A program made the position numbers and the translations under genes. 64,000 nt of DNA from Octopus sinensis (taxonomy: Eukaryota), in the NCBI RefSeq assembly GCF_006345805.1, contig NC_043008.1:34844001-34908000 (forward strand). Reading direction: 5' to 3'. Shown in pieces: positions 14,663 to 29,289 of the stretch (position 1 is the stretch's first letter; the number at the start of each line of letters is the position of its first letter). Below the pieces are notes generated by a model. It did no database searches and was not told the DNA's origin. It was given only the letters and a program-made list of their open reading frames with translations.

Positions 14663-14827
14663 ATAGGCGCAGGCGTGGCTGTGTGGTAAGAAGCTTGCTT
14701 CCCATCTGCATGGCTCCGGGTTCAGTCACACAGCGTGGCACCTTGGGCAAGTGTCTTCTAATATAGCTTCGGGCCGATCAAAGCCTTGTGAGTGGATTTG
14801 GAAGACGGAAACTGAAAGAAGCCCGTC

Positions 14828-14879
<52 letters not shown>

Positions 14880-15105
14880 TTATTTATTTATTTATGTGTG
14901 TGTCTTTGTGCCTGTGTTTTCCCCCCACCATCGCTTGACAACCGATGTTGGTGTATTTATGTCCCAGAAACTTAGCGGTTCGGCAAAATAGACCGATAGA
15001 ATAAGTACTAGGCTTACAAAGAATAAGTCCTGGGGTCGATTTGTTCGACTAAAGGCGGTGCACCAGTATGGTTGCAGTCAATGACTGAAACGTGTAAAAG
15101 AGTAA
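14663..15105 (+). mobile_element. Bipartite CORE-like tRNA-SINE, full length
   Basis: ataggcgcagg head, ccttgggcaagtgtc motif, (TA)n linker and conserved tail. Confidence 0.92.
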
Positions 15106-15179
15106 GGAATATATATACATACATGAATACACACACATACATGTATGTATGTGTGTGTATATATGTGTGTGTATATATG

Positions 15180-15255
<76 letters not shown>

Positions 15256-15260
15256 ATTAT

Positions 15261-15575
15261 ATATAAGAATGAATGTTTTTATATATAATGAACGTGAAAT
15301 ACAGGAAGGGACGAACACGGAACACAGACAAATCATTCGAAGCCTTCAATCTCAGTCAGACACCGAATCATCATAGCAAATTTCGGCTGTTCAATTCTGA
15401 TATTTGCTCCAACTCGGCCAGCCCCAAGAAAAAAAACTAAGCTGTAAGCATTAGATTTCTTGGTAGAAGACAGGAATGTGAACGCACAAGACGGATGTGA
15501 ATACAAGAGACGAAAACGAAATTGAAAACAGTAATGAATAAACAAAATATATATAACGATGGTTGTCATACGACT
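15261..15575 (-). mobile_element. About 310-bp non-autonomous repeat (copy 2 of 1782-2092)
   Basis: Reverse complement of 1782-2092, lying between (TA)n and (TG)n tracts. Confidence 0.85.
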
Positions 15576-16224
15576 GTGTGTGTGTGTGTGTGTATGTGTG
15601 TGTGCGTGTGTATGTATAACATCAAAATTTGTTGAAAACAAGTAGTTTTGGCAGGTAGATTCGTCACAAAAAAACAAGCATTAATCCCCATTACCACATA
15701 TAGCTCTGCTGCTTTTGTGATAGAGAAGCCAGGTTGGTACCAGTAATAAACTGAAGTCTTAGATATGGAGGGGTGCGCTCGACTGCATGCATGTATGCAT
15801 GTATACATACATACATGTATGCATATATGTATGTATGTATGTTATTATTCAGGTTTATTTCAAGATTTCTTGCCAATAGAAAAAAAGCCGGTTTCTAACC
15901 TAGATCCAAGGCTTCTTCACTGGAATTTCAACATCAACAACAGGGTATTTTTTTGTATACATAGATAAGTATTTATGTACGTAAGTATGTATGTGTACAT
16001 GCATGAATGTATGTTATTATTTCATATATGTTATTATTGTTATGTGTGTTATTATTTCAAGACTTCTTGCCAATAGGGAAAGAGCCAGTTTCTAACCTAG
16101 CTCCAAGGTTCCTTCATTGGAATTTCAACAACATCAACAGGGTATTTTTGTACGCATGCATGTATATGTGCTGATTTTTATGTTTTGTTTTATGTGTATA
16201 TTCTCAAGTATATAGTCGCATGCC

Positions 16225-16756
16225 TAGACATGCAAGTTTTACAGATTTTTACAGTTCTAGTTATGGCCTGGATCTGTAGTCTTCGAATCAGCTTTCTTGT
16301 TACTGGTTTTGAGAAGCCTAATTTCTCAAGATTGGTATTTAGGCAGTGTGTTACATATCTCAGTGCCCCAATAATCACAGGTATAAACCTGAACTTGTAA
16401 TCTGGATAGAGTAACTGCAAATTTCACAATAGTTCAGCGTAAGTATTTTATTTTTCACTGATCTTTAGCTTTATGTTAACATCCGCTGGCAGATGATTTC
16501 CACGACACAGTTTCTCTTCTCTATCTCAAATTAGCATATTATGTTTACATTCGTTTACTCTTTTACTTGTTTCAATCATTTGATTGTGGCCATGCTGGAG
16601 CACCGCCTTTTGTCGAGCAAATCGATCCCAGGACTTATTCGTTGTAAGCCTAGTACTTATTCTATCGAACTCTTTTGCCGAACCGCTAGCTTACTGGGAT
16701 GTAAACACACCAGCATAGGTTGTCAAGCGATGTTGGGGGAACAAACACAGACACAT

Positions 16757-16798
<42 letters not shown>

Positions 16799-17483
16799 CG
16801 GGCTTTTTTCAGTTTTCGTCTACCAAATCCACTCACAAGACTTTGGTTGGCCCGAGGCTATAGTAGAAGACACTTGCCGAAGGTGACACGCAGTGGAACT
16901 GAACTCGGAACCATGTGGTTTGTAAGCAAGCTTCTTACCACACAGCCACTCCTACGCCTATACATTTTATTGAGGTTTTCACTGGAACATTTCACCAGTA
17001 CTCCTTTTTATTATGATTGACTATGGTTTCTATCATACTGTAGGTTCTTATTTCTTTGATATGTTATCCTTCCGACGGCTCTCATTATACAGTGTCCTAG
17101 TTACAACATCATGTCTCATCGGTAGATAACACTGTGATGATATATTTGGACAAGTGCTTATGAAGTATGCGATACCTTCGGTGTTAACTCCACAAAATCT
17201 ACATCGGTTATCACATTTTGCTGCGTCTCTGTCCCTTTCGTGCATCAGGTATTTGGTTGACATTTTTTGTTGCTGGATTGCAAACGCATACCCATCAAAG
17301 TGGGAGTTAATAATCCGGTTGTTGGTCCATAATAGACTGCTTTGATGATCAATGCTACTATAATCCCGGAGTTTCAACCAACAAATCCATGCATGGTCTT
17401 CTGCTGATATACGCTCATCCTTTCATCTGATGATACGTTGAGGTAGAGTCGTGCGACTTCTTTGGGAATGTATTTAAGGTTAT
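16225..17483 (-). mobile_element. R4/Dong-like (RLE) LINE 3' portion, interrupted by a SINE
   Basis: Translated motifs: QKTMHG, CRFCGVNTEGIAYFISTC (CCHC knuckle), RHDVV, a degenerate PD..D region, and RFIPVIIGAL...LEKLGF...KICKT. Confidence 0.85.
16552..16961 (-). mobile_element. CORE-like tRNA-SINE inserted in the R4 LINE
   Basis: Full-length SINE with tacatt flanking repeats at 16546-16551 and 16961-16966. Confidence 0.92.
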
Positions 17484-17649
17484 CAGACGAGGAATATGTA
17501 TGCATGTATGCCTGCATGCATGCATGTATGCATGTATACAAATATGCATGTATGTTTGCATATATATGTATGTATATAAGTATGCCTGCATGCATGCATA
17601 TATATACATATATATTCATAGGTATCTGCGCGTTTGTATATATTTAAAC

Positions 17650-18055
17650 ACACACAAACATACACTTATATAGACATATATGTGCATGTATGTGTGAACA
17701 TATGTATGCATGTGCGTATGTATGTATGTGTGTATGTATGTATGTGTGTATGTATGTGTGTATGTATGTATGTATGTATGTATGTATATGTGTATGTATG
17801 TATGTATGTGTGTGTATGTTTGTATGTGTGTATGTTTGTATGTATGTATGTATGTGTGTATGTATGTATGTGTGTATGTATGTATGTGTGTATGTATGTA
17901 TGTGTGTATGTATGTATGTATGTGTGTATGTATGTATGTGTGTAAGTATGTATATGTGTATGTATGTATGTGTGTATGTATGTATGTATGTATGTGTGTA
18001 TGTATGTATGTATGTGTGTGTATGTTTGTATGTGTGTATGTATGTGTGAATGTTT
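17650..18055. repeat. ATGT/GTGT higher-order microsatellite
   Basis: Read directly from the sequence. Confidence 0.95.
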
Positions 18056-19204
18056 GTATTCATTTGAATTTAAAAACCGGTGTAAAAAAACAATCTCAGC
18101 GTATAACGACAAAAATATATGCAAATAGAAAAATCTCTAGCGTTTGCTGGCAATCTGAAATGATAACGACGACGATGACGACGACGTCGATGATAATGAT
18201 GATGATGATGATGATGATGACGACGACGACGACGACGACGTACGATGTTATCCAACTTTATGCTTTTATATATATATATCTAGAAAATATGCGGGTAGTC
18301 GCTAAATGTTGAACAATTTCAAGCAAAACGAAAGAAGAAACCTAGATACATATCTTGAATATAGTGAAAAAAAAAACCCAACAAAAACAAAAAATAAAAC
18401 AAGAACAAAACAAGACAAAGACTATTAACTGCATTCTGTAATATCTATTTCCAAAATAGATAGGAATACCATTAAAAATAAGGTAGAATATTATAAGTAG
18501 AACGACGATAGTGTTGTCGTTCACTCATCAACTTATCTCGGACAAGTCTATCTAACTGCATTATCAAACCTGAAAAGCACAATCCAAGGTCTTTTGTAGA
18601 TTATATATAAATTATAACAACGATTTGAAAGCCTGCCAAAAATTGTTGTTAAAAACATTTTTTATCGATGTTTTGACTATCCTCGTACATATAACAAAAC
18701 TACACAGATTACATATGAATAGACTTTTCGAAACTCAAGTTGCTTAGTTAGTAGAGCCAACTAATCTTACTTGATAATACTATGCACACCAAGTGAGTGT
18801 GCATAGCAAGTGTAATCTGTCTCTGTCAGATGGTGTGTTCTAAATATTATTAATATACTTGCCCTTGTTTTCTTAACTTGTTAATTTATGTAACCGTAAA
18901 TGGAAAACACATTTATAACGGTTATATATTTGTTTTGCTGACCGTTAGTAAGGAGAGATACACAAATAAGAAAGAAGAAAGCAAAGGACCACTGATGAGG
19001 TCACAGAAGTGTAACGAAAGAACTCTGGCCTAAATAAGATTAAGATTAATGTAAAAACTAAATAAAGCTGAAGCAAATTAACACCAAATATATAGTGCGT
19101 GTGTTTTTATTGGCTAAACTGGCAAAATGACCATTCCTAACTACAACATCATTTATAACGTCCATCCATAATATGTTCATCTATAATGTTCATCTATTCA
19201 TGCT

Positions 19205-19650
19205 CCTTCTTCGCCTACTATTCCTGGGATGGTCATGGGGGGAATGTCCTCGGGCTCCTCCCTCACAGGGTCCCGTCAGAAACAACCGCCATTAGACTTT
19301 CTGGCTGGATTCCCAAGCGTGGCCAACTGACATTATGGATACTATCCATCCTTCTCGTTCGTGGTATCCCCTTAGGTCTCCTATCAATTAGCTTGAAGAA
19401 TCCCTCTTGCGATTCTTTCTTGTGATATTCTAATAACATGTCAATAGTATGGAAGCTGTGACATCTCAATGCGGAGACGCAGCGGTCCGACCTGGAAATG
19501 CTCTTTGATCTTCGACCTACGCACTCCAGAGATCCTTCAAACGGATTCGATTTCGGAGGTTTGTTTCCGTAATCGTATTCTTTTCGGTCACTACCCAGCA
19601 TTTATAGCACAATTCTTCTTGTCACGACGTATGTTCGGATGTTATGCCTT
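19205..19650 (-). mobile_element. RTE-clade LINE 3' end
   Basis: Translation DRRPKGIPRTRRMDSIHNVSWPRLGIQPESLMAVVSD matches the RTE C-terminal GRRPRGRPRTRW.D...SW..LG...DR pattern. Confidence 0.75.
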
Positions 19651-19842
19651 CGATTGTTATTTTGTAAGAATCGCTAGAAAGATGGAAGAAATGCTTTGCA
19701 GTATTTAATTGCGTTCTGAGTTCAAATCCCGACGAGATCAAATTTGTCTTTCACCCTTCCAGGAACGATAAAATAATTAGTCTTCTTTATAATAAACTAG
19801 TCTCCACCACTTCACAATTACTATTCTTTTTCATCATGGTGC

Positions 19843-19918
<76 letters not shown>

Positions 19919-19927
19919 GAGTGAGAG

Positions 19928-20165
19928 AGCTGTCACATCTTTTCGATTTCGATTACCAATTCTTTATATTTTCTGAGCTTATAAAATTCTTTTGCTGAGA
20001 TATTATTGTCACAGGGTATACTCATGTCAATCAATAAACAGAATTTATTGTTTTTTGTCTTTCACAACAATATCTGGTTTATTTGCTTTGATGGTCTGGT
20101 CTGTACATACTGGAAAGTCCCAAAGACTTCCAGAGTGTTTCCAGCGGGGAATTATTCAAACCCCA
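19928..20165 (-). mobile_element. R4/Dong-like LINE endonuclease fragment
   Basis: LWDFPVCTDQTIKANKPDIVVKDKK...LLIDMSIPCDNNISAKEFYKLRKYKELVIEIEKM*. Confidence 0.85.
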
Positions 20166-20390
20166 AAGAATTCTTGTCAATATATGGCTAAGACACTCCT
20201 ACTTGTGATCAGAGATGCACATATCGTTAGCCACTAAGGGACATGCTCAACTGGTTAAGGTCAAACAACTGACAAACAAATCTAATACTGAGCAGAATAT
20301 TTGTTGTAGTCCATCTTTCACACCGAAATAAAACATATACATGATAGCACTTCCAATCAGTTAAGATCAGAAGCCATGAGAGCCACTGTC

Positions 20391-20443
<53 letters not shown>

Positions 20444-20463
20444 CATCATCATCATCATCATCA

Positions 20464-20507
<44 letters not shown>

Positions 20508-20531
20508 TATTATTATTATTATTATTATTAA

Positions 20532-20720
20532 GTCGTTTTATTTTTATCACGTGCTTTCACTGCACTACCATGCGCATCTCTGTATGCCTTGGGTGTGTTG
20601 TGGTTTGTTGTGATGCTCTTATTTTCACTGTATTGAAAGTGTTTTACGTAGAATGTGTGCAGCGCGTAGTAGTGATATTTTCTGTATGTTATATATACTT
20701 GTTAGTCCTGGTGTTTTTGT

Positions 20721-20722
<2 letters not shown>
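20532..20722 (-). mobile_element. R4/Dong-like LINE extreme 3' end
   Basis: TKTPGLTSIYNIQKISLLRAAHILRKTLSIQ*, then a short UTR and a (TAA)n tail. Confidence 0.8.
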
Positions 20723-20801
<79 letters not shown>

Positions 20802-20827
20802 GTAATAATAATAATTAGTATTATTAT

Positions 20828-20990
20828 TAAGGCGGCGAGGAAGCAGAAAGGTTAACCGGGCAAAATACATAGCAGCATTTTTTTCGGCTTTACATTCTGA
20901 ATTTAAATTCCGCCAAGGTCGACTTTGCTTTTCATTCTTTCGGAAGACAACAAAAATAAATATCAACTGAGAACTGAAGTAGATGGAACA
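20828..20990 (+). mobile_element. Meta-domain tRNA-SINE
   Basis: aaggcggcgag head and ttccgccaaggtcgactttgcttttcattctttcgg body. Confidence 0.8.
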
Positions 20991-20994
20991 GTAA

Positions 20995-21440
20995 GAAGTT
21001 TGGTGATACCAAGTCTCAAGAAGCTTTGTTAGGATTCTTGCCGAATACAGAATGGAAGTTTTTCTGCAGTTTGACAATGCGAATCTCAATTCTAATTTCC
21101 TTCAGTCTCTTAAGATAACGTTTTGGATGTTGTGCCAAGTGCAACAATTGCTACAAGAATAACTGTTGTCATCCGCTATTTCTTTATCTCTCTTGCTCGG
21201 TCCTATTATTCTTCAATTTTCTCAATTTATTTGGTATCCAGTCTGTTATTGTAGAGAATTGCAGTCTTTGATCTTAGATCATTTGTTTATTTTGTTCTCT
21301 ATAACCAAACCTGGCCTTCTTGTATCAAAAGAATGGTCAGTCTTTATGGTGAAGTCCTATAAAGTCATATACTTCTTATTCTCTATCACAGTCTTTGGTA
21401 CTGAGTTCCTCAAGTGTGTTTCCAAATCAGTCGATGAAAC
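20995..21440 (-). mobile_element. R4/Dong-like LINE 3' fragment
   Basis: PKTVIENKKY...DFTIKTDHSFDTRRPGLVIENK and ...CRKTSILYSARILTKLLET. Confidence 0.75.
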
Positions 21441-22232
21441 TCTGGATTCTAGCAGATATTATTTTTATACAGGAACTTTTTGTTGAACAATTTAGAAGTC
21501 AACCCGTATCGGGTATAGCAACAGAGGCCGTTCTAATTTTTTTTATTTATAAATAATTCCATTTTTTTTATCCCACTGTAAAACATAATATCCTTCCATC
21601 CAAACAACACACAAATCAGAGTCATCACGCGTCAACGAATACCGTCTTGTACGGTCATAAGATCTGCTAGAAATACCAAAGAAATCATTTCACTTTCTTA
21701 AAAGAGGCATGGCGCGTTCTTTTAATGCGCAATTGATGTGTTGGTGAGACAACGTAGTCGCAAATATATTTTTAAAAAATCACATAATGGTCACAGCTGG
21801 AATGCCTTTGATCATCGGTCAGCTCCATCACAGCAGATGTGGAGCTACAGAACAACAACAACAATAACAACAGCAACTACGACAACACAATAAACCGATC
21901 TTGTCTATATATCATCTCTCCCTATTATGATTATCAAATCTTAATTCTTGTTAATCTTTCGGATTTTATTTACTGTTTTTCGCGAAAGTCTTTTCTCGCT
22001 AGAATAACATATATCAAATCAATGCGCATTAATTAAATACATTTTATAATTAATTGCTTTCTAAAATTTAATCTAGCTTCCTTGTAGGAATGGCTCTTTG
22101 CATATGATATTTAAAATTTCAATACATCTTTTATATATTTTTTCAATTAGCTTCATCTTGTCGTCGAACTGAATTGAATTTCTTTCCATGTAAATATTTT
22201 CTATTTTCTGTTGCTTAAATTACTGCTAGGAT

Positions 22233-22333
<101 letters not shown>

Positions 22334-22346
22334 ATGTATGTATATA

Positions 22347-22742
22347 TTCTTTTATTCTTTTACTAGTTTCAGTCATTTGACTGCGGCCATACTAGGGCAC
22401 CGCCTTTAGTCGAACAAATCGACCCAAGGACTTATTCGTTGTAAGCCTAGTGCTTATTCTATCGTTCTTTTTTGCCGAACCACTAACTTACAGGGACGTA
22501 AACTCACCGATATCGGTAGCAAACGATGGTGGAGGGACAAACGCTGATACACAAATACACACACACACAAATAATATACGACAGGCTTCTTTTAGTTTCC
22601 GTCTACCAAATCTTCACACAGGGCTTTGGTCGGTCCGAGGCTATTGTAGAAGACACTTGCCCAAGGTGCCAAGCAGTGGGACTGTACCCGGGACCATGTG
22701 GTTGGGAAGCAAGCTTCTTAAAACATAGCTACTCCTGCGCAT
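22347..22742 (-). mobile_element. CORE-like tRNA-SINE, full length
   Basis: Reverse complement of the same family as 14663-15105. Confidence 0.9.
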
Positions 22743-23349
22743 CTCTCTTCTGGACATACTGGCTACTATTTTTTTGTTTCTCTCGATTATAAAGAACAAA
22801 ACAAACAAATGGTGTAAGAGGTACGAAAAATAGCAGTCAATATGTCCAGAAAAGCCATTGTTTTTTAACACCATAATGCACATTAAAGGCGCAAATATGG
22901 ACAATAACAATTGGCTGAAACGTAATGTAGGGGAAAAATGTAAGAACTTATTATTAAAAAATGATTATTCTATATTTCTCCTATATCGGAAAGAATGAAG
23001 TCTCTATAGAGGAAACTGGACGTTCGGAAGAGGAAAAGTACTAAAATGGTAATACAAACCAACCAAGAACATTAGTACATAAACACGCGAATAATATCCG
23101 GAATCATCAATCGATAATAGCGCAAAACTGGATACTGCTATCTTATGAAGTTTACCTGTCTTGACATTGAAAGTACAAAACAGGTAGTAATAAACAGTCG
23201 ATAACTGAGGTGGTGTTAGATTTCTTTTGGTATTTTGTCTTGTACTTATCTCTCGTGTGTTTACGTATTTTTCACTCGCTGGTGATGTCATGTACTTAAT
23301 GTGTATTTTTAGTTATTTATAATTGAACGCCACGCAGCCTTTGTCAACA

Positions 23350-23427
<78 letters not shown>

Positions 23428-23432
23428 ATATA

Positions 23433-23840
23433 TACTCTTTACTCTTTTACTTGTTTCAGTCATTTGACTGCGGCCATGCTGGAGCACCGCCTTTAGTCGA
23501 GCAACTCGACCCCGGGACTTATTCTTTTTGTAAGCCCAGTACTTATTCTATCGGTCTCTTTTTGCCGAACCGCTAGGTGACGGGGACGTAAACCACACCA
23601 GCATCAGTTGTCAAGCAATGCTAGGGGAACAAACACAGGCAACAAACACACACACATACATATATATATATACATATATACGACAGGCTTCTTTCAGTTT
23701 CCGTCTACCAATCCCACTCACAAGGCATTGGTCGGCCCGGGGCTATAGCATAAGACACTTGCCCAAGATGCCACGCAGTAGGACTGACCCGGAACCATGT
23801 GGTTGGTTAGCAAGCTACTTACCACACAGCCACTCCTGCG

Positions 23841-23844
<4 letters not shown>
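23433..23844 (-). mobile_element. CORE-like tRNA-SINE, full length
   Basis: Family motifs are present, ending ...cactcctgcgcctat. Confidence 0.92.
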
Positions 23845-23902
<58 letters not shown>

Positions 23903-23929
23903 CATATATATAATATATACATATATATA

Positions 23930-23969
<40 letters not shown>

Positions 23970-24067
23970 CACAACACACACACACACCACACCACGCACA
24001 CACACACACAACACACACACACACACACACCACACAACACACACACACACACATATATATATATAAT

Positions 24068-24275
24068 TCTTTAACTTGTTTCAGTCATTTGACTGCGGCC
24101 ATGCTGGGGCACCACTTTGAAGGGTTTTAGTCGAACAAATCGACCCCAGGACTTATTTTGTTTTAAGCCTAGTACTTATTCTATCCGTCTCTTTTACTGA
24201 ACCAGTAAGTTACGGGGACGTAAACACATGAACACCGGTTGTCAAGCGGTGGTGGGGGACAAACACAGACACAGG
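24068..24275 (-). mobile_element. Tail module of the CORE-like SINE, without a head
   Basis: Only the ttgtttcagtcatttgactgcggcc...gggggacaaacacaga segment is present. Confidence 0.85.
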
Positions 24276-24294
24276 CATAGATATATACATATGT

Positions 24295-24336
<42 letters not shown>

Positions 24337-26109
24337 CGTGCGTTTGCGTGTGTGTGCGTGTGTGTGTGTATTGTTGACATCATAATAATTTTATAAACTT
24401 TCAAGAAAACGTGAAACAATTCTTTTTAGAATCGTGCTTTTCGAAAGATTATCACATACACCTATAAAGCTTTCGACTTTTCCTATCCAAAAGGGATTTT
24501 CAGCTCAATATTTACATGTTGTTCTTCATAGCTGATTGTGATGCGCTTCCAGAATCACAAGTCCAAAAAAAGAATTATTACATTGTTTTTAGAATCTTCA
24601 TTTCCATCAACAACTTCACAACCATAAATCAATTGATGGCGTGTTTTACAGTTTGTCTGGTAAAATATAAAATATGTACGATGAAGTCATTTCCACTGTT
24701 CGTCATACATAATTCATTCTTTGCTGATTCTAGTCAGCTTATTCCCACAAGAGAGAACATCATATTTTGAAATCCATTTTGTAGTTTAGCAATCCTTGAA
24801 CTATTTAAAAAAAAATTTAAGTTTCTCACCAATTCACTCGGAAAAGTTTTCTTATCATGTTGCTTATGATCAGTTTTGTCCAAGATTTTTTTCTTTTTTC
24901 GTTTGGATTTGGTTTGCAAGATTCTTTATATGAGTTCGTGTGTTGAAGCACATTCTGTTGTGTCTGGGGAGAGTCATTTTCTTTTTGTGCCTTATAATGT
25001 AACACACTCACCAGTAAAATTTCCACTTATTTCTTATTTTTATTTTCCTAAAATTTTTCTTTTTTGCTAAACTTTTGTTGAAACCCACCAAATTTTCGTC
25101 CCAAAACCCTTCATTTCTCCATCATTCTCTCTGTTCTCTCTAATATTAAAATTTGCTTCCACACAAACGTTGAGCTTAGTGAAACCCAGATCGCTTTTAT
25201 TGCTCTCCCACCTATTCTCGATTTCATTGTTACTTAACATGCTACTCTTAATTTCTTTTCTCTGTATACATCTTTCATACTCTAACACACCTTTATTTCT
25301 TTTGTTATGAACAACCTTTCATCTCTCTATGTCTCTTTGAATTTTCTTCATGATTTCATCTAGATTCTTTCAATATATCTCCTATGTATTTTTTCACTCA
25401 GCTTCATGTGTGCCATGTTGTTTCATACTAAACTGGATTTCTTTCTGTGAAAATATCTTCTGTTGCTTAAATTATTGTTAAGATCCTGCTACGGTTTTAG
25501 ATATATTGTACTGTTTTTAAAATATTCATATCCATTAGCTACTTCATACTGAGTGTATTTGTTGGATCCAAATACGTTGTTACATAGCCTTCAACAGTGA
25601 GCATAAGACATTGTGGCACAGCCGTTTTGGCGCTGCTAGTTTGGCGTCACTGATTCGATGCTGACTGATTTGACATTAGATAATTTAATGTTAGTTGGTT
25701 TTAAATGTTTTGTTCCTTTTTAAAGTCTCTCTCTCTCTTTCTCTCTCCCACTATATGTGTGTGTGTGTGTGTATGTGTGTGCATATTTCTTTTTATCTGT
25801 ATGTGGAGTGGGAAAGGGCTTATATCAATCATGTTCGTTTAATAAACTGTAATCTCTCTCTCTTTTCTTCTCTTGTTCTCATTCTTTCAATTTGTATTTG
25901 CCTATTTCTGCGCACGCGCGTGCATGCTTGCTTCCAGCGCCAAAATCTCAAAAGTACTGTCACCCAAACAGGCTGAATGTCCAGGCAGCCGTGCTAAATC
26001 ATAAGCGTCTAAATAGCTGCGCCCAGTTGTCTCACTCTATACTGCTGTGTATATTTTACAGTTTATGGCTTCACTTGTTCTAGTGTGATTCCATTTTCTA
26101 TTATAGTAT

Positions 26110-27300
26110 TAACCTGACCTGAAAACGTGAATTATCCGTATTTTTTTTTAGGATCATCCCCAAATTTATAAATTTTATCTAAAAGCTCACCCCGCAACCT
26201 AAATTTCTAAATTTTATCTAAAAGGCTCACCCCGCAACCAAAAATTAGAATGAAAATTATGAATTTAATACAACCATTTTGATACTTATATTTCATGTGC
26301 TGTGTTTACATATTTCTTTAGACAGCATTACAACGTTTTTTTTTTACAGGTTTACCTCGGAATATAGCAACTCTCTGTCAAATGCAAGTTTCCTGATACG
26401 CATTTACTATCATAAGCGACCAGATTGTGGGTATTTTCTGGACACTTCCATGACAATAATATACCATTCCGTTGCCACTTGTTTCTTCAAATAACATTGT
26501 AACTGATGTTTCTCACTAAAAAAAATCTGACAACAACGTCATCATTTCCGTGCAGAAGTTCTCATGAAACTAAAGCCATATCACTGGCTCCTTTCCGTCT
26601 CTGCCAAACTCTTTCTTGTTATTTTCAATTCAAACGGCTCTTTATGTAACTAATCGACGTTCTTATGAAATTGTTGAATAATATATTAAAATAATCATTT
26701 TTCTATAGATTCTTCAACATTCAAATTTCAAGAATGTGAGGCAGGAAGGAACAACCAAGTTCTGTTCATTCTGGCATTTTATGTTTATATGTAGACTGGT
26801 TGTTTTATTTTCTTAAAATACCTTGCATCTCTTTCTTACAAATCGTCAAGCTTCCGACATTTTGAAATTTCCTTTTGCAGTTGTTTAGCCAACTTATCCT
26901 TCAATGGAAAATATATTTTTCTGTGAATGTCACTGGAGTTTCTCTAATTTGTTTATCTTTGGTTACAAATCACTTGACGTTGTGGAAGCAATCAAGTTTG
27001 GTAGACCAGTTTTTATTTGAAGTTTCAATCAGTCAAGTGATTTTTTTTATACCTTTTCTAACTTTAGACTTTTTCTTTACTGCTATTTTCTGTATCAAAT
27101 TTAATGTAACCACCTTTTGTTTATTTGTAAATGTTTAACTATTGACAGCTGCTTGTAGATTTTCCTAAATCATTCAAAATTTAAATTTCATTACGGCTTG
27201 TTCGTCTTCCATTCTTTCATCTATGTATTTTACTTGTAGTCCTAGACACTGCTTATCTCAACATTTTAATTCTGTTTCTTCATTTATACTCACATTTATT
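26110..27300 (-). mobile_element. Possible decayed piggyBac transposase with its 3' end
   Basis: Degenerate motifs LFNNFIRTS (resembles FDNFFTS) and LVAYDSKCVSG (resembles IV.YN..M.GVD). A ttaacc terminus sits at about 26110, with a subterminal 38-39-bp tandem repeat at 26162-26239. Confidence 0.4.
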
Positions 27301-27779
27301 ACAATTTTTATTGAAGTGTTTCTTTATGGAAAGATTTTAGAAGTAATTTCAATTTTGATGACGATAATTTCTTCAGCAAAATTTCTTTCTTATTCGCAGC
27401 ATATTTTACATTCATTGTTGCTTTTTTTGTCTTTGTCAACCAGTTTTATTGCTATTATCAGTAAAACCAATCTTCTTTTCCATAGACCATTCTCCAGGAA
27501 CCATTTTCATGGACAGTTTCCTCTTTCATGGATTACTACCTCTGGAACATGTCTATATTCGACTACAATTTTATTGTCAATCTGCATTCAGATTCTAATG
27601 TACAACCATATCTTTGTTAGCCGACACCAATAGACGGGCTTTCTAAAGCAAACTACAAATTCCATACATAAACTAAATTGATAATACATACACACACATA
27701 CATACATACATGCATACATACATACATACATACATACATTCATACATACGTGCATACATACGTGCATGCATGCATCTAA

Positions 27780-28177
<398 letters not shown>

Positions 28178-28326
28178 GTTGTATTTAAAAAAACACACAA
28201 ATTTCCACACGAAAGCACGTGATCTCTGCCCTTGGCATGTAGCTTCAACCGTGTTTTTCTGACGTGAATTTGCTACCCAGGTATCGGTTAACCGAATTAT
28301 CCACACTAAGATAATTCATTCAACTA

Positions 28327-28446
<120 letters not shown>

Positions 28447-29289
28447 GTATTTCGGGATGGTAATTTTTTTTGCCAAATAAACACACGCGCTATATATTTT
28501 CTCTTTACTCGTTTATTACTGTTCTTATTTTGTTCTTTTAACTCATGTCCATTGTCCAAAAATCTTTCGTCACACATCTGTGACCTCTTCAGTGACACCT
28601 GTCATTTTCATGTATGTCCTCGCTCCACTTACTCCATTCTGTTCTTCTAAGGTGTGTATCATTATGTGCACAAGCGTTTGTGTCCTTGTGTGTGTGAGCG
28701 TGTGGGTGTATGTATGTGTGTATGCTTGTGTGTGTGTCATAGTTTTTAGCAGCAGTGTGGCCATCCCCTCCCCAGCTCCATCCTTCCTCCCCCATCGTGC
28801 CGCTGCTATCCTAAAACCCGAAAAATGTGGCACTGTTCCTGTATTCTTTTGTGTATGTGTGTTCGCGCACGCTGTTGCCATCGTGGTAGTTGTTGTTGCT
28901 ATTGTTGTTATTACCATCATTGCCACTGCTACTGTCGTTGTTAATCGTGTTGCTGATATTGTTGTGGCCGTCCGTGAAATTTCTTGTGTGCGTGTATGGG
29001 TTCGCTTCGTATGTTGTATGCATCCATACCCTTTATATAGATTTATTTATTTATTTATTTTATCTATCTCTATATCTTATATTTTACCCAGATATGTGAC
29101 AAATTTATTTATATATATATTCATTTTTATATATATTCATTTATTTTCTATACATCTATCTCTATTTCTTATAAGTATTTCTCCTAAGTAAGTGCATATA
29201 TGTCTATTGTGCATGTAATTACTCTGTATGATTTTGTGTATCATTTACGATTTTTTCCTCTCTCTTCTCATCACTTTTGTCTTTAGTCA

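Noticed and set aside
28580-29191. 203-aa ORF
   Set aside because: It is mostly built from (GT)n, (GTT)n and AT-rich low-complexity sequence with no recognisable domain.
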